Of a DNA stretch of 64,000 nucleotides, positions 35,010 to 47,439 are shown one piece after another (positions within the stretch are counted from its first letter, which is position 1; each line of letters starts with the position of its first letter). The DNA lies in NCBI GenBank assembly GCA_965603825.1, contig CBFDEM010000027.1:620001-684000 (forward strand), given 5' to 3'. Under the pieces are notes generated by a model. The model worked only from the letters and a program-made list of their open reading frames with translations. It ran no database searches and was not told the origin of the DNA. This stretch comes from Blepharisma stoltei ATCC 30299 (lineage: Eukaryota; Protista; Ciliophora). Both the position numbers and the translations under genes were made by a program.

Positions 35010-37214
35010 TTAAGGCTCAGTCAGTATATTTTGTCTGGCTGCAAAGGTCAGAGTTCTTCTTGATAGAGCAGAACCTCCTGCTATAGTTTTCCTGATATTT
35101 AGATGAGGGACTCCTCCAAAGTGGCTTATAGAAGCTCTAGCTGTCTCTTGCTGCAGATTGATTTGCTTTAATGAGAACTTAGCTGATTTATATTTTTCAC
35201 GGTAATGGTTGACTTTATTTTCAAGCTCAGTACATTTATCAGTAATTCTTTTCATTTTTTTCTCATTAGCTTTCCCCTCTATTTTCAGCTTGGCCTTTTT
35301 GGCTGACAAAATATGATATTTCTTCGTCAGCTGCTCCAAGCTTCTTTGTAGTATTTTATTTTCAGTTTGCAGATCTTTTTCATCCCGATTCAGCGCTACT
35401 TCAAGCTCTTTGCATTTTTTCTTAAACTCGTCTAGTTGCTGATTCAGCGAAATTATGCTATTTGTCTTGTTTTGAAGATCTACTACTAGTAATTTTTTTT
35501 CATTGTCCCAGAGCTCTTTTTCTTCTTTCATTAAATCCCATGACGGAATAGTCGAGGCGCTTCCCACCTTTTGGACTCCTTCATCAGTATCAAAATCTTC
35601 CCATTGAGTTTTAATTTCAGACTCTTTTTCGAGTAAAGCAGCCTGTAGTTTTTTAACATCAGTTCTTAGCTGTTCTAGTTCCACGTCTTTTCCTATAACA
35701 GCTTGTTCCAGTTTAAGCTCTTTTTCAGTGAGTGCTTTGACTTCTTCGACGAGTTTTTCATTAACGTCAGTTAATGTGCAGATTTTTTCGTCTTTGGCTT
35801 CTGAACTGGTTTTTAAGGCTTTGTTGAGGTTGTTGGCCTTTTCCAGCTCTTTCATCATGTATTCGTTGACTGCTTTTAAGCTTTCTAAGTCTGTTTGGGT
35901 GACGCCGAGTTCTTGACGTAAAAGAGAGCTAGCTTGGCATTCTTCAGAAAGCCGAGTTCTGGCTTCTTCTAGTTCTTGGATGACTTCGTCGTATTCTGAA
36001 GCTTTGGACATGTTGAGGAATGAGGAATCTTCGTCTTCAGTAGATTCTATGATCTCTGGAATTTGGATTCCAGACTGTTTTAAGCTTGTTTCCAGCTCAA
36101 AAATCCTCTTATCCTTCATCACGATTTCTTCTCGAGATTTAGACAGCAGCAGCTTCAGCTCTGCAACTGTATACTCACGATTCACTTTAGGCTTGTTTTT
36201 AATCGCCTTAGCTCTGATGCCAAATCTCAGCGTGCTTACTGTTTCACTTTCATTATAAGGTGAAGGAGAACAAGTTACAATTAAGGTAGTCTTAGAGTTC
36301 CCTCCTAAAGAATCTTGTAAAACTCTGGTCAATTTAGAATCTCTATAAGGAACATGAGTGGATTTTCCATCAGTCAGTGCTGAAATGACTTGTCCCAGCG
36401 TAGTCAAAGATTTATTTATGTTTTTGGCCTCTTCCAGCCTTTTCCCTTCAGCTCCAGTTTTTCCGACTTTTTCACTGCCAGCTAAATCAACTAGGTAAAG
36501 TTTGCCTACTTTTGATGAGAAATCTTTGGTATTTGACTGACTTATGGTGATTATGAATATAGAATGTGACCTTGAGGATCCTGCATTCATATTAGTATAG
36601 CCAACTTCTCTATTATCAAGCCCTAAAGCCATTAAATCGTAGACCTCTTGGTCGTCATTTGCATATCTCTCAGAAATTCCGGAGATATAGACTCCTCTTA
36701 TTCGGTCTTCATGGATTTTTAAATTATTTTTACTCGGTTCAAGTAAATCTTTGATCTTTTCCATATAGATTTCACAATAAGATACTTTTACTTGGAATTC
36801 CAAGTATTCCTCTGACATAGCAATCTGATCAAAAACAGTGCCTACCATTCTAGGAATGATGCCCATTAAGTCTTGATCAGTAAAATCTGGACCAGACATC
36901 GTAAATGTTTTGCCACTGGATGTTTGACCATAAGCAAACACAGTACCATTAAACCCTTGCATTACTGACTCTACGACAGGCTTAGCAGCTACATCATACA
37001 CTGAAGATTGATGAGATGATGGATCAAAGACATAGTCGAAGTTAAATTTCAAAGGCTCTGCGCTCTCAGATTGAGCTCTGACATGGACAGTTCGCTTGTC
37101 AGGGCTGAAATCAACACAAGTTTGCATTGAAATTTCTTTTTCTTTTTGATTTAGAGGGCGGAAACGACACACAACTTTAATATTACCCAACCCAGAATCT
37201 TCATTTTCTTCCAT
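35010..37214 (-). CDS. Kinesin heavy chain-like motor (kinesin-1 type); alternative start 37235
   Basis: VVCRFRP, AYGQTSSGKT, SSRSH, LVDLAGSE, HVPYRDSKLTR; coiled-coil tail. Confidence 0.95.
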   Translation of the reverse strand: MEENEDSGLGNIKVVCRFRPLNQKEKEISMQTCVDFSPDKRTVHVRAQSESAEPLKFNFDYVFDPSSHQSSVYDVAAKPVVESVMQGFNGTVFAYGQTSSGKTFTMSGPDFTDQDLMGIIPRMVGTVFDQIAMSEEYLEFQVKVSYCEIYMEKIKDLLEPSKNNLKIHEDRIRGVYISGISERYANDDQEVYDLMALGLDNREVGYTNMNAGSSRSHSIFIITISQSNTKDFSSKVGKLYLVDLAGSEKVGKTGAEGKRLEEAKNINKSLTTLGQVISALTDGKSTHVPYRDSKLTRVLQDSLGGNSKTTLIVTCSPSPYNESETVSTLRFGIRAKAIKNKPKVNREYTVAELKLLLSKSREEIVMKDKRIFELETSLKQSGIQIPEIIESTEDEDSSFLNMSKASEYDEVIQELEEARTRLSEECQASSLLRQELGVTQTDLESLKAVNEYMMKELEKANNLNKALKTSSEAKDEKICTLTDVNEKLVEEVKALTEKELKLEQAVIGKDVELEQLRTDVKKLQAALLEKESEIKTQWEDFDTDEGVQKVGSASTIPSWDLMKEEKELWDNEKKLLVVDLQNKTNSIISLNQQLDEFKKKCKELEVALNRDEKDLQTENKILQRSLEQLTKKYHILSAKKAKLKIEGKANEKKMKRITDKCTELENKVNHYREKYKSAKFSLKQINLQQETARASISHFGGVPHLNIRKTIAGGSALSRRTLTFAARQNILTEP

Positions 37215-37446
37215 GATTTTACTATCAGATTTCATGCTACAAGCCAATTCAAAACTTAAATGAGCTAATTAAAAAATAAAAACTATTTTCGCCAAATTCC
37301 TGGTAATTTTTAATCATTTTATTATTTAATTTCCACACTATTTCTAGTCACACAAATCTCTTATATTCATTTAAATGATTTTTTTGTCAGTTTCATATGC
37401 CCACACTGGTTTCTACACATATTTTTAAATAATAATCAAATCTGCA

Positions 37447-38001
37447 ATGATTTCTTCGGGTGTTCCCAGATTTGATCTAAAGCCCCAAGAACTAGGATCA
37501 AGGCCTCGTCTGATATCTCAAGAAAGCTATGACTGCGGAATGAACTTCAACGACAACTCAGACTTTGAACCCAGCTCGCCTTCTGAGCAGAAAACTGAAG
37601 AATCTTTGCCTTTAATTTGTCTGCCCAAGCTTGAAATTTCTCATGGTGTTTTGGAAGCTAAGGACTCTATTGTGACATCACACTGTGTATATGAGCACGA
37701 AAGATTAGGATTTACCCCGCTTTCTCATACGATCTGTAGTGATGGAGGAAATAGTGTATCTGAAGACGATTTTTCATTTGGGATGGATATGGACTTAGAA
37801 ACAAATTATAATCCTTTTCAAGAGCCTACTGAGATAATCTCAGAAGATATCAAAGCTGCAATATATAAAAGATATTGCGATATGGCTAACAATGTCAAGT
37901 TGTTCAATTTTCGTGGAGAGAAAATATCTCTCTATGAACAGCTTTCTGAACTCCAAACAAGGATGAAAGGATTTAGAGAGACAAGATTAAAGCTTAGATA
38001 A
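37447..38001 (+). CDS. Hypothetical protein
   Basis: 184-aa ORF with AT-rich flanks; no recognised motif. Confidence 0.6.
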   Translation: MISSGVPRFDLKPQELGSRPRLISQESYDCGMNFNDNSDFEPSSPSEQKTEESLPLICLPKLEISHGVLEAKDSIVTSHCVYEHERLGFTPLSHTICSDGGNSVSEDDFSFGMDMDLETNYNPFQEPTEIISEDIKAAIYKRYCDMANNVKLFNFRGEKISLYEQLSELQTRMKGFRETRLKLR

Positions 38002-38315
38002 TTTAGATAAAGATGGAATTAAGGTTGATCTAGCTTTTATATGCTGAAATGGATATTTAAAGCTTACTCATTTTAAGAAGCATTAATTTTGTCTATAATT
38101 TATTATAGAAAGATTTCATTTCTTAAGAAATTCGGCTTTTTTTGTAAATTCTGTCAAATTTTCTGTATAAATAGAAATTAAAAGCTTTATAATTTTTTCG
38201 TTTTAATAATGTTTTCTGCACCATTATCTTACAAATTTCTTTTCATCTTCTTAATCCATTCTTTATTATAGTTATCTAAGTTACAGTAACCCTATAAAGC
38301 TGTTAATTAAAAAAA

Positions 38316-39449
38316 ATGGAAGGCACAAAAAGTTCACGATGGGCTGATTGGAGCGACGAAGACTGTTCAAACGATGAAGAAAATCCAACCGTCACAGACC
38401 AAAACCCAGAACCTCCAACAAACGAGCAATCCCAAGAGGTTACTGAACAAAAATCAAAGCTGGAATCTCAAAGTCCGCCATACACATTAAAGCTCACAAA
38501 TGTCCCTTATAAAGTCCGCCACGAAAACGAAATTAAAACATTTTTTGGCCTTACTAACGAACAAATGGACCAAGTAAAGGTGAAAATGGTAATAGAGGAC
38601 AACAGATTTATTGGGCAGGTTTTTGTGAAGATAGATCAAAAGCAATTAGCATTGAAACTGCTTGAGAAAGATAGGGCAGATTTCAATGGAAGAAATATAA
38701 GAGTATATGCTTCAAATCCTCATATATCATATATTAACGACAGAGTAAATAGTAAAAGGGATTATGAAAATCAGAGGAAAGGGAGATACAACGAAGAAAA
38801 AAATCAGTATAATGGTAATGAGAGAAGGCAGTATGGTCAAGAAAATCGAAACTATAGGACTGATACTAAGAAAAAGTACATCAAAAAAGAAAGTCCAGTC
38901 ATAAAAACTTCTCAAAAAATTACAATTGCGCCAGATCCAGAAAATAAACCGCATCCACAGAAAATCATCATAGCTTCAGATTCTCAAACTAATGTTAAAA
39001 CCCCAGCTAAGAACGAAGAACGAAAATATCCTGAAGAAACAACTTATAATTTGAAAAGTATTGAAAAGCCAGTCGAGGTGAAACCTACCATAGTTTCAGA
39101 CGAAAAGCCAAAGCCAAAATCAAATCCATTTGCAAGTGCAAAACCGATAGACACCACAAAAAGAGACTTAATTTTTGAAGAAAAAGCTAAAGCCGAGAAG
39201 TCAAAAGTCCTTGAAGATGAAACTTATCATATTGGGAAAATTTCATCTAAGAAAAATGAAGAAGAATGTGTCCCAGAAAAAGTGGTTGAAGTAGAGCATG
39301 ATCAAGAAATAAAAAATTCCTCGGAACAAGGAAATAACCGTGAAGATTACTATCAACGAAGACCATACAGAGGAAGGAACTTTAATTCAAGAGGTAGCAC
39401 AAGAGGAGGGTATGACGGAAGGTATCGCCGAAAAGAATATATAGACTAA
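38316..39449 (+). CDS. eIF4B/eIF4H-like RRM protein
   Basis: WAD acidic N-terminus, PPYTLKLTNVPY RRM, SNPFASAKPIDT motif, RGG-like tail. Confidence 0.75.
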   Translation: MEGTKSSRWADWSDEDCSNDEENPTVTDQNPEPPTNEQSQEVTEQKSKLESQSPPYTLKLTNVPYKVRHENEIKTFFGLTNEQMDQVKVKMVIEDNRFIGQVFVKIDQKQLALKLLEKDRADFNGRNIRVYASNPHISYINDRVNSKRDYENQRKGRYNEEKNQYNGNERRQYGQENRNYRTDTKKKYIKKESPVIKTSQKITIAPDPENKPHPQKIIIASDSQTNVKTPAKNEERKYPEETTYNLKSIEKPVEVKPTIVSDEKPKPKSNPFASAKPIDTTKRDLIFEEKAKAEKSKVLEDETYHIGKISSKKNEEECVPEKVVEVEHDQEIKNSSEQGNNREDYYQRRPYRGRNFNSRGSTRGGYDGRYRRKEYID

Positions 39450-39710
39450 CACATCCAGATTTTTATGATATGGAAATCTAATTTATCATTATTTAGTTAA
39501 TTTTTGCATATAAATTATTTTAAAAGAAAGAAAGAGAAAATGCAATTAAATTTTAATTCTTTGACATTTTTAAGATTCTGCACTAATTATACCATAAAAA
39601 CTGAATACAAATTAGCGCAGTCCATAAATCTAATATATCAAACAATCCATGAATTTTTCAAGGCAATTAATACAAATAATTTAACCTTAAATTAAAAGCA
39701 AAATAAACTC

Positions 39711-40613
39711 TTATTCATAATATAAGTTTGAAAGAGCTAAATCTTGATAAATACCATTAGAATTTCCTTCTTCTCTTCGAGATTTGTTTTTTCTTCATTT
39801 TAATCATGCGTATTTAGAGAAAAAGAGCGTCATAGTGAACACTAGAACAACTAAATACACAATTCCTACAATAATTCAGTCAATCCCTTCTAATGTTGAA
39901 GGAGCAGCTACTAAATAGTTCGCTTGACACTGATTTAAACAATTATTACAAGAGCAGGGCTGAACTTGATAGCCGTATGCATTGGTTACATTTGCACTGC
40001 AAGGTAAAAACTGCAAATCCAAAGCATCAGGGCCATCTGAAAAATAAAAGGTAGTTCAAACCAACCCTATAGGGATGCCTTCATACCCTTGAAATTCTAA
40101 AAATCCTTGTGGGCTTTGCATAGCAGATACTTCAGTGACATATGGGCACTTTTGACAAGATTGGTATATTTCGCAGGATAGAGAATTCGTAACAGTAAAA
40201 TTTGTTAATAAAGCTAGAACAAGCTGAGTTGGCTCTACAGGACTAGGAACATATTTTTGTTCACCAGTTTTTACATATTGAGATTGAAGAGGGTGGCATG
40301 TAAAGTGGCATCACAAATTTTTTAAATTCGCCGCACATATATCACAACCACCTACAGAATGGCCAAAAGTTTCATCTAAAAGAAAAAACTTGTAATTCAT
40401 TGCTTCATTTTGATCTTGACTACAACAAACTTCTTGACCTAAAAACATCGGACAAGCATAAGGAGCAGTAAAGTTTTCCATAAACGGAGGAGAAGGAGGG
40501 TTAACAGAAAACGGAGTTTGACAGTCATAAGGCGGTTGCACACAATTTTGTCTTAATGAGCATAGAGAATAAACCTGAGCAAATAATAATAAAATCCACA
40601 TCTTGGTCACCAT
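39711..40613 (-). CDS. Stand-alone NPC1 N-terminal-domain protein, single TM (paralog A)
   Basis: ACP..VCC..Q, CAANLKNLW(TGA)CHFTCHP.Q, IYQSC, PCSCNNC; reads through TGAs to TAA 39711. Confidence 0.82.
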
Positions 40614-40752
40614 TTATTTTATTATCTGGTGATCAATAAAAATGTTGCTTTTCAATTAAGATTTTTGCGCAGAAGTAAAATTTCTCATTATTATTGGCTT
40701 TAGGGTAACTAGCCTATGGTTTGAGCATGAGATATATATATAAAAATTAATT

Positions 40753-41646
40753 TTACGAAGTTAAACTACTTATGCTGTCTGCAGGATCATGGGCTACATA
40801 AGGCTGGATATCTCGCATTTTTTTCTCTAGATGCTTTTTCCAAGCAAACTTTGAGAAAAATATGATCATTGAGACACCAAGAATTACAAGATAGGCGATT
40901 CCGACTACAGGCCAATCAAGCCCTTCTAAAGTTGTGGGGGAAGAGACGTAATAGCTTGCAGCACAAGAATTCAAGCATGTATTGCAGGTGCATGGCTGTA
41001 TTGGATATCCCCATACACTTGTCACATTAGAATTACATGGGAAAAATGTCAAATCTAAAGCTTCTGGCCCATCTGAAAACTGAAAAGTCGTCCACACAAG
41101 CCCTATAGAAATACCTTCATACCCTTGGAACTGCAAAAATCCTTCAGGACTTTGCATTGCCGAGACCTGTGTAACATAAGGACATTTCTGGCAGGACTGA
41201 TAAATTTCGCAAGCCAACGAGTTCGTTACAGTAAAATTCGACAGCATAGTCCATATCTTTTGTTGTGGGTCCACAGGGTTTGGAACAAATTCATTAATTC
41301 CAGCTTGTACAAATTGTGCTTGATTAGGATTGCATGTGAATTGACACCACATGTATTTCATATTAGCAGCGCATATATCGCACCCTCCGACAGAATGTCC
41401 AAATGTCTCATCCAATAAAAAAAACTTATAATTCATAGCTGAATTTTGGTCATCATTGCAGCATACATCTTGGCCTAAGAATGTGGGGCATGCATATGGA
41501 GCTGTAAAGTTCTCTTTAAACGGCGGAATATGAGGATTAAGAGCCACTGGTGCTTCACATATATAAGGAGGCTGTGAGCAGTGCTGAGTAAACGAGCATA
41601 ATGCAAGCACATTTGTTATCAGGAAGCTCAGCAATATAATCTCCAT
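40753..41646 (-). CDS. Stand-alone NPC1 N-terminal-domain protein, single TM (paralog B)
   Basis: Same Cys pattern (VCCNDDQ, CAAN..WCQFTCNPNQ, CTCNTCLNSC), signal peptide, one TM helix. Confidence 0.82.
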   Translation of the reverse strand: MEIILLSFLITNVLALCSFTQHCSQPPYICEAPVALNPHIPPFKENFTAPYACPTFLGQDVCCNDDQNSAMNYKFFLLDETFGHSVGGCDICAANMKYMWCQFTCNPNQAQFVQAGINEFVPNPVDPQQKIWTMLSNFTVTNSLACEIYQSCQKCPYVTQVSAMQSPEGFLQFQGYEGISIGLVWTTFQFSDGPEALDLTFFPCNSNVTSVWGYPIQPCTCNTCLNSCAASYYVSSPTTLEGLDWPVVGIAYLVILGVSMIIFFSKFAWKKHLEKKMRDIQPYVAHDPADSISSLTS

Positions 41647-41682
41647 TTAATGTATAATTAAATTAAAAGAAAAATGCCAATT

Positions 41683-42771
41683 TTATGGTGACTTCGGGTC
41701 ATTTCGAGAATAAGGGATCACGGTAATTTCTAATGGACTATCTAAATTTGCTTTTTGAAGATTTTTTTTCTCAAAATCTGAAATCTCATATAAAGTTGTT
41801 TTGGATTCATCAACTGAGATAGATGAAGATCTTTTGGTTTTGTAGCTTGAGGAAATAAGTGAAACATCAGCAGAACCAAAGGAGGAATTAATTTTTGACA
41901 GAGCATTAGGAAAATCGACTTTCAATAGACCTCGAAAATCGTGGTGCTCTAATAGTTTTTCTAGTTTTTTTATACGAGGTCTGCTTAACTCTTCTAGCCT
42001 TTTAGATGCTGTATATGGTTTTTTCGAAGTTAAGCTTGTGTTAAAATCTTCAACAGTGCTTTCTGGGATTTCATTAAGCCTGTATTTGACAATTCCAGAT
42101 TTTCTTTCCAAATTTAAGCTGTCATTATGTCACTGTGCCAGCTTATTTCTCAGTTTCTGCCTTTTTTGTTGTTTTTGTTCTTCGAAATAATCTTCCAGCT
42201 TTTGCAGTTCTTCAGTTTTATTTAAAATATTTTCAAAGCCTTGGCTATCTTTTTCCAATAATTTATTAGGGTAAGCTGATTTTAATTTCGCCGGTGACAA
42301 ATGTCCAACTCTTTCCCACTCATTAACAGGGACTCTTGGTCTATGTGATTCTTGTGAATTTAGTCTTTTTCTTATAGGCATATTTAAATCTTTCCCATCT
42401 AAAGATTCCACAAATAATTCAGGGTCTTCTGATTTTTGTTTGCTATGAATTTGAATCTAAATTACGTTTACAAGCTCTCTTTCTGCTTTTCTTTTCATCA
42501 GCCTCTGTCTTGACTGAAGCTTCTGTTCAACTGTCTTTTGGCTCCTTTCAAAAGACTCTAATTCAGCTTGCAGCTTTGCCATTCTTTCAGGCGAGTATGG
42601 CCCTGAATTAAACTCTTCTTGGATTTTATGATAAAATTGTGATATTTTTGGGGACGAAAAATATTTGTGATTCCATAAGTTGTCCATTACGTGGAAATAT
42701 CGGTAGTCTTTACGAATTGAAGGAATATTTGGAAATTCTTTTGGGGTAACAAATTTGTTGTTAATAATCAT
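41683..42771 (-). CDS. Hypothetical coiled-coil protein
   Basis: Three in-frame ORFs joined by intron 42457-42471 and TGA 42130-32. Confidence 0.7.
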
Positions 42772-42908
42772 AAAAATAATTTTAAGATACTTATACTTCA
42801 TAAATGGTTAAATAATGATGCAGACTTCTGTTAGCGTAAGAAAATAATCCATTTTATCATAATAAATGAATTTCTATTGTAAAACGACTATTATATAAAT
42901 TTAAAGAT

Positions 42909-43862
42909 ATGACTTATGACAGAAGAGAGCTTGGGATTGGAGCAGGAATTTGGGTGTCTGCAATAATTCTTGTGTTTGCAACATTTCTTGCGTTGTGGAA
43001 TATCTATGATCATTATAAGCATATGTATTATCCTCAAGCTCAAAAAATCCTTATGGTTATTTTGACAGCGCCAATTTTGATTGGTTGGCCTAGTTGGGTC
43101 ATAGTTCTAGTAGGAGAAGATGTAGGAATTCTTGAAGTTGTGACTGATATTGTGAAATCAGTGATGATTATTCTTTTCGTAGAATATACTCTAAGACTGA
43201 TCGGATGGAGAATTGACAGCACAGGCTCTCACTATGACTATGAAAAAGTTGAATCCTCATTTACTCAGCTTGAAAATGGTACTCATCTTTGCCCTTGTTT
43301 TGGAAAAATCCCTCTAAAAACCCCAGAAGATGTCAAAATTTTTATATGGAGGGTCAGATTTGCAGGAATTCAATATGGCATAGTTTTTTTCTTTGCTGCG
43401 ATTGCTGCGACTCTTCTGCTGACTGTAGATGGAGATAATTATCATTATGGAGAACTTGACCCTCAGTATGGGTATTTTTGGATTAATATGATTAAAATCG
43501 TTGTCAGTGCAATTGCAATGTACCATTTATTGCTTTATTTAACAAATGTTCATAAAATTCATGAACTAAAACATATGAATGTTAACCCGAAGTTTATGGC
43601 AGTCAAGATTGCTTTCATTGGGACACAAATCCAGCCTACCTTTATAGGCTTTTTAGCTGACTGGGGTGCTATAGCAGACACTGATGAATACGACGTAGAC
43701 CAAATTACAAGCTACACCACTTATTTACTTCTAAGTATCGAAATGATCATTTTTGCGTTTGTGCAAGGATTGATATTCCCACCTAGAGAATATAAATATA
43801 AATACAGCAAGAAATCAGTGGATTCCGAGAAAGAGCCATTGGTTTCTGCTGATAACCAATAA
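42909..43862 (+). CDS. TMEM184 / OST-alpha family transporter
   Basis: HY..P..QK.I..IL..P, HLCP, IQY, IAMY.L, KFMAVK...Q, LLSIEM; seven TM helices. Confidence 0.85.
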   Translation: MTYDRRELGIGAGIWVSAIILVFATFLALWNIYDHYKHMYYPQAQKILMVILTAPILIGWPSWVIVLVGEDVGILEVVTDIVKSVMIILFVEYTLRLIGWRIDSTGSHYDYEKVESSFTQLENGTHLCPCFGKIPLKTPEDVKIFIWRVRFAGIQYGIVFFFAAIAATLLLTVDGDNYHYGELDPQYGYFWINMIKIVVSAIAMYHLLLYLTNVHKIHELKHMNVNPKFMAVKIAFIGTQIQPTFIGFLADWGAIADTDEYDVDQITSYTTYLLLSIEMIIFAFVQGLIFPPREYKYKYSKKSVDSEKEPLVSADNQ

Positions 43863-43901
43863 TTAATTAATCTTTTTTATTATTAATTAATTTTGAAATT
43901 T

Positions 43902-44609
43902 TTATTTTACTATTGGATTATTATGAAATTTTGGCTGAGGATAAAAACTTTCAAGGACTCTATATTGTGCATTTAAAGTAAACTGAGAAATATCTAAAAG
44001 GGTATTAACTGCAGATTTCTGCTGGTATAAACTGTCTACTTGTCCTTCTAAGAACTTTCAAGTGTGGCTGAAATCTGGGCTGTCTGTTAGGAAATATATT
44101 TCTGTGAATAAATATGCTCTTCCATATGCAGCTCTTGCAAGTAAGTGCTGGGGAATCGCAAAATATTGAAGAGATGGTGTTTCACTGCTGAGGTTCAAAA
44201 TTAAATCCCAAGTGTCTCATAATATTTTTGTTGTATTAAAAACATTGCTTGGAGATGCACCCATTGTCATTGCTTCTTTTCATACATCTTTATAAGGAAT
44301 AATGTATTCCATTCTTCTTTTAGTGAAATAATAAACTTTTTCTTTTGTGCTCATTTTAGCGACTTCATTTGTGATTGCATCTTCATTTAATTTTTCCTGC
44401 CAAGACTCCATTAAATGATATACCAGTGCGACAGGGCCCTCTGGAAATATATGTCCGATTATTGCCTAATTATGGATTACTGGAGACACTGCAGTTTCTT
44501 TAGCAGCAATTTGGAAGAGGTTTGGGCTAAATCCTAAGGTTGGGGCGAGTTCTTGGCTTTTAAGAAGTATCAGTTTACGAATTGCTTTTAGTTTGCCTGT
44601 AGAACTCAT
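43902..44609 (-). CDS. COQ9: Ubiquinone biosynthesis protein COQ9-like (absent from the ORF track)
   Basis: My translation: IFPEGPVALV, RMEYIIPYKDVW(TGA)KEAM, TEIYFLTDSPDFSHTW(TGA)KFL; intron 44466-44480. Confidence 0.78.
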
Positions 44610-44645
44610 GCAAATTTTTATTATCTAATTTATTATGATGATAAT

Positions 44646-45290
44646 ATGAAAGAAAAATACGTCGCTATTTGTGAACAACTCAGAGTAACCCCCAACTCCA
44701 GCGTTTTAAAAGCAATAGAAGAAGAGCCAGACCTATTTTTCAGCGACAGGTTTGCTTTACCTCTAAACTATTTAGGAAATAGAGGAACACTTGCTGTTCT
44801 TCCATTCTTGTACGACAACTCTGCGTTAAGAAGCTTAAATCTTAGAAATCAAGGCTTAAAAAGTGAATGCGCAATGGAATTAGCTGAACTTTTCCGATAC
44901 CACCCAGGCATAGCTTCAATAGATTTAAGTCATAACAGAATTGGCAGCAACGGAGGGCAATCTTTGATGGAGCTTTTCGAAAATAATGAAAATATCAAAA
45001 TTTTAAATGTAGAGGATAACCCTATGGATTGGAAAATTATTAAAAAAATTACTGAGCTGCAGAAGACTAGAGAAAAGAAAAAAACACATCACGTGCCAAG
45101 AGACCAAGCCAAGCATGAGCAGGCAATGATGGAATGGCTGAATATAAATATTGAAGAATCAGGAAGTTTGGCACCTATTTTTACGCCATCTCCGAGCCAG
45201 ACTATTTTGTCACTGTTTTCGGCGAAAGATGAAAGGATGCATACTCAGTATGACCATGAAGATACAAATAGATCTTTAAGAAATATATAA
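44646..45290 (+). CDS. RNI-like leucine-rich repeat protein
   Basis: LRSLNLRNQGL, IDLSHNRIGSNGG, LNVEDN. Confidence 0.8.
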   Translation: MKEKYVAICEQLRVTPNSSVLKAIEEEPDLFFSDRFALPLNYLGNRGTLAVLPFLYDNSALRSLNLRNQGLKSECAMELAELFRYHPGIASIDLSHNRIGSNGGQSLMELFENNENIKILNVEDNPMDWKIIKKITELQKTREKKKTHHVPRDQAKHEQAMMEWLNINIEESGSLAPIFTPSPSQTILSLFSAKDERMHTQYDHEDTNRSLRNI

Positions 45291-45405
45291 TTATTATAAT
45301 AAGGAGAGAAAAAGTATATTTTAATAATTTTCATCATATGCAAACAGAAAAGTGCTATTAATTTTACAATTTATTATGATATATTTGTATATTAAAATAT
45401 CAAAT

Positions 45406-47439
45406 TTAAGCGAAAACACTATAATGTATTGAAATAAGCATCTTAAAAAGAGCTGCACAATCAATGGCTTGCACATGAGCAGCTCTCCCAATCAAATTCC
45501 CCAGCGATATTTCTGGGATATCAAAGATCGAATCAATCCTATATACTGCCTCAGCGTTAATATTTGACATAATCGCAGACGCCATTTCCAGCTGCAAAGT
45601 ATCATCTTTAAATACCCCTTTTCCAGCCTCAATCCTAGCTGATTGAAAAGGGACATACCCATCTTGTAAAGAGCTCACCAAAAATATTTTTTTAAACCAC
45701 CCTATACAAGGGTCAAAAGCAAGGCGATAAATAAACGAGTTCCTTGGGTCTTCAGTATCTTTAAGGGCCAATTGCTGAATACTAACATTTTTCTTGCTCA
45801 TTCTTAATAGTCAACATCCAGCTCCTACAAGCTTAGAATCTCCATATATAGACCCTAAATGTGGAGAACATAAACTGATAAAAATATTCATTTTTTCTTT
45901 ATATATTTCTAGATGCTCCAAAGCTGCACGTATAATGATGCCTCCTAATGAGTGTCCAATAAAAGAAATTCTTTTGATTTTAAATGAATTCTGTAGATGG
46001 ACATAAGAAATTACTTCTTGGGCTAGCAAAAATCCCATATCTTTTATGCTTCCCATAGTGTTTTTTTCATTGGCTCTAGACATTAGAAATTCTGCATTTG
46101 GAAAAGCCAAGCCTATTGTGTCACGGATTTTTTTCATGTCTATAAAAGACCCTGACAAGCCATGGACGAGCACAAAAAGGTGGCTTTCGCTTTGGGAGTA
46201 TTTATTTTCTGATGAAGATTCTAGGTTTTCATAGACTTCTTCAAATATTATAGGCACATTTTCCATACATGAAGTATCAATAATATCAGGGTCTCCTTTA
46301 TAAAATACTGCTTTTCTCATAGCAATGGTCATTTCGCTATGAACTAAATTTATATCAGAATCACTGAAAAGCTCACATGGAAATAATTTTTTTTCTATAC
46401 AAATAAATTGTGATCAAAAATTTTTAATGGCTTCATTATGCTGAATTTCAAATTTTCCTATAATATAAGTAGATCTAACCCTCATAACTTCAATAAATGC
46501 GTGTTTTATTACGCATAAACTGCTGACAACTTCGCGTAGCTCATTAAGAATGAACCTAAAAAGCTCATATTTATTTCTTGTTTTGACATATTTGCTGAAT
46601 AAGCATCTTGAGACTCCTTCTTCTGGGACTAAAAATAAATCGTCTTCATTGATATTATCTACTCATATAGGCAGACTTATTTCCTCAGTAACACAATCAC
46701 TGAGATTTTCTATTTCTGTGTCATTTATTGCTTTTAATACATAATTTCGTATTTTATTATGAATTATTGTAAGATGCAGCACATGTTCTTCATATAATCG
46801 GTCCAGCTTTTCTGAGCTCAAGCTTGTATCATTTTTAGGGAAAATACTGTCATAGCCATTATTAAATTTGAAATCTACAAGCATGGTATGAATAGAGACT
46901 TTTAAAACTGATGAATAAAATTCTGAAAAAGAGACTGGCATCATCTGATTAATGCCAAAAATTGGCCGATTTATTTTCAATTTATTTAACCCCACTTGTT
47001 TAAACTGAGTAAATCTACTTGGGTCCCTCATTGTGTCTAATAGCTCTTCATCTGGAATTGCGTTACTTGGTTCTGAGAAAAACAGTTTTGTTTCTACAAT
47101 CAGCGGAATATCTCTATTAGGTCTTGTCATTTCAAACTCAGCTCTAAACACAACAATTTCGCTTAAATTTACAATTTCTTGGCAATATTTTATCAAAAAA
47201 ACCTTTGATCTATATAAATTATCTGAATCCAGCATTTGAGGATTAAGAATATTATGTTCGTAGTAATGTGAAACATCGTCAGACTGATGAATAACTTGAG
47301 GACATGCATAGAGCCTATTATTCCCTGGCATTGTGAAATATGCCTTGCATTCAATGTAATAGAAGCCTTTAAAAAATAAATCGATGTTTCTAAAGGAATC
47401 AAGGTGGACTATTGCTTCGAAAATCCCATTTGCTGGCAT
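45406..47439 (-). CDS. FAM135-like putative lipase (DUF676 alpha/beta hydrolase)
   Basis: HLDSFRNIDLF, HLFVLVHGLSG, SFIGHSLGG, SPHLG, QDGYVPFQSARI, IGRAAH; single frame across TGAs. Confidence 0.88.

Noticed and set aside
44085-44110. Possible frameshift in COQ9
   Set aside because: Recounting shows the frame is continuous (FTEIYFLTDSPDF).
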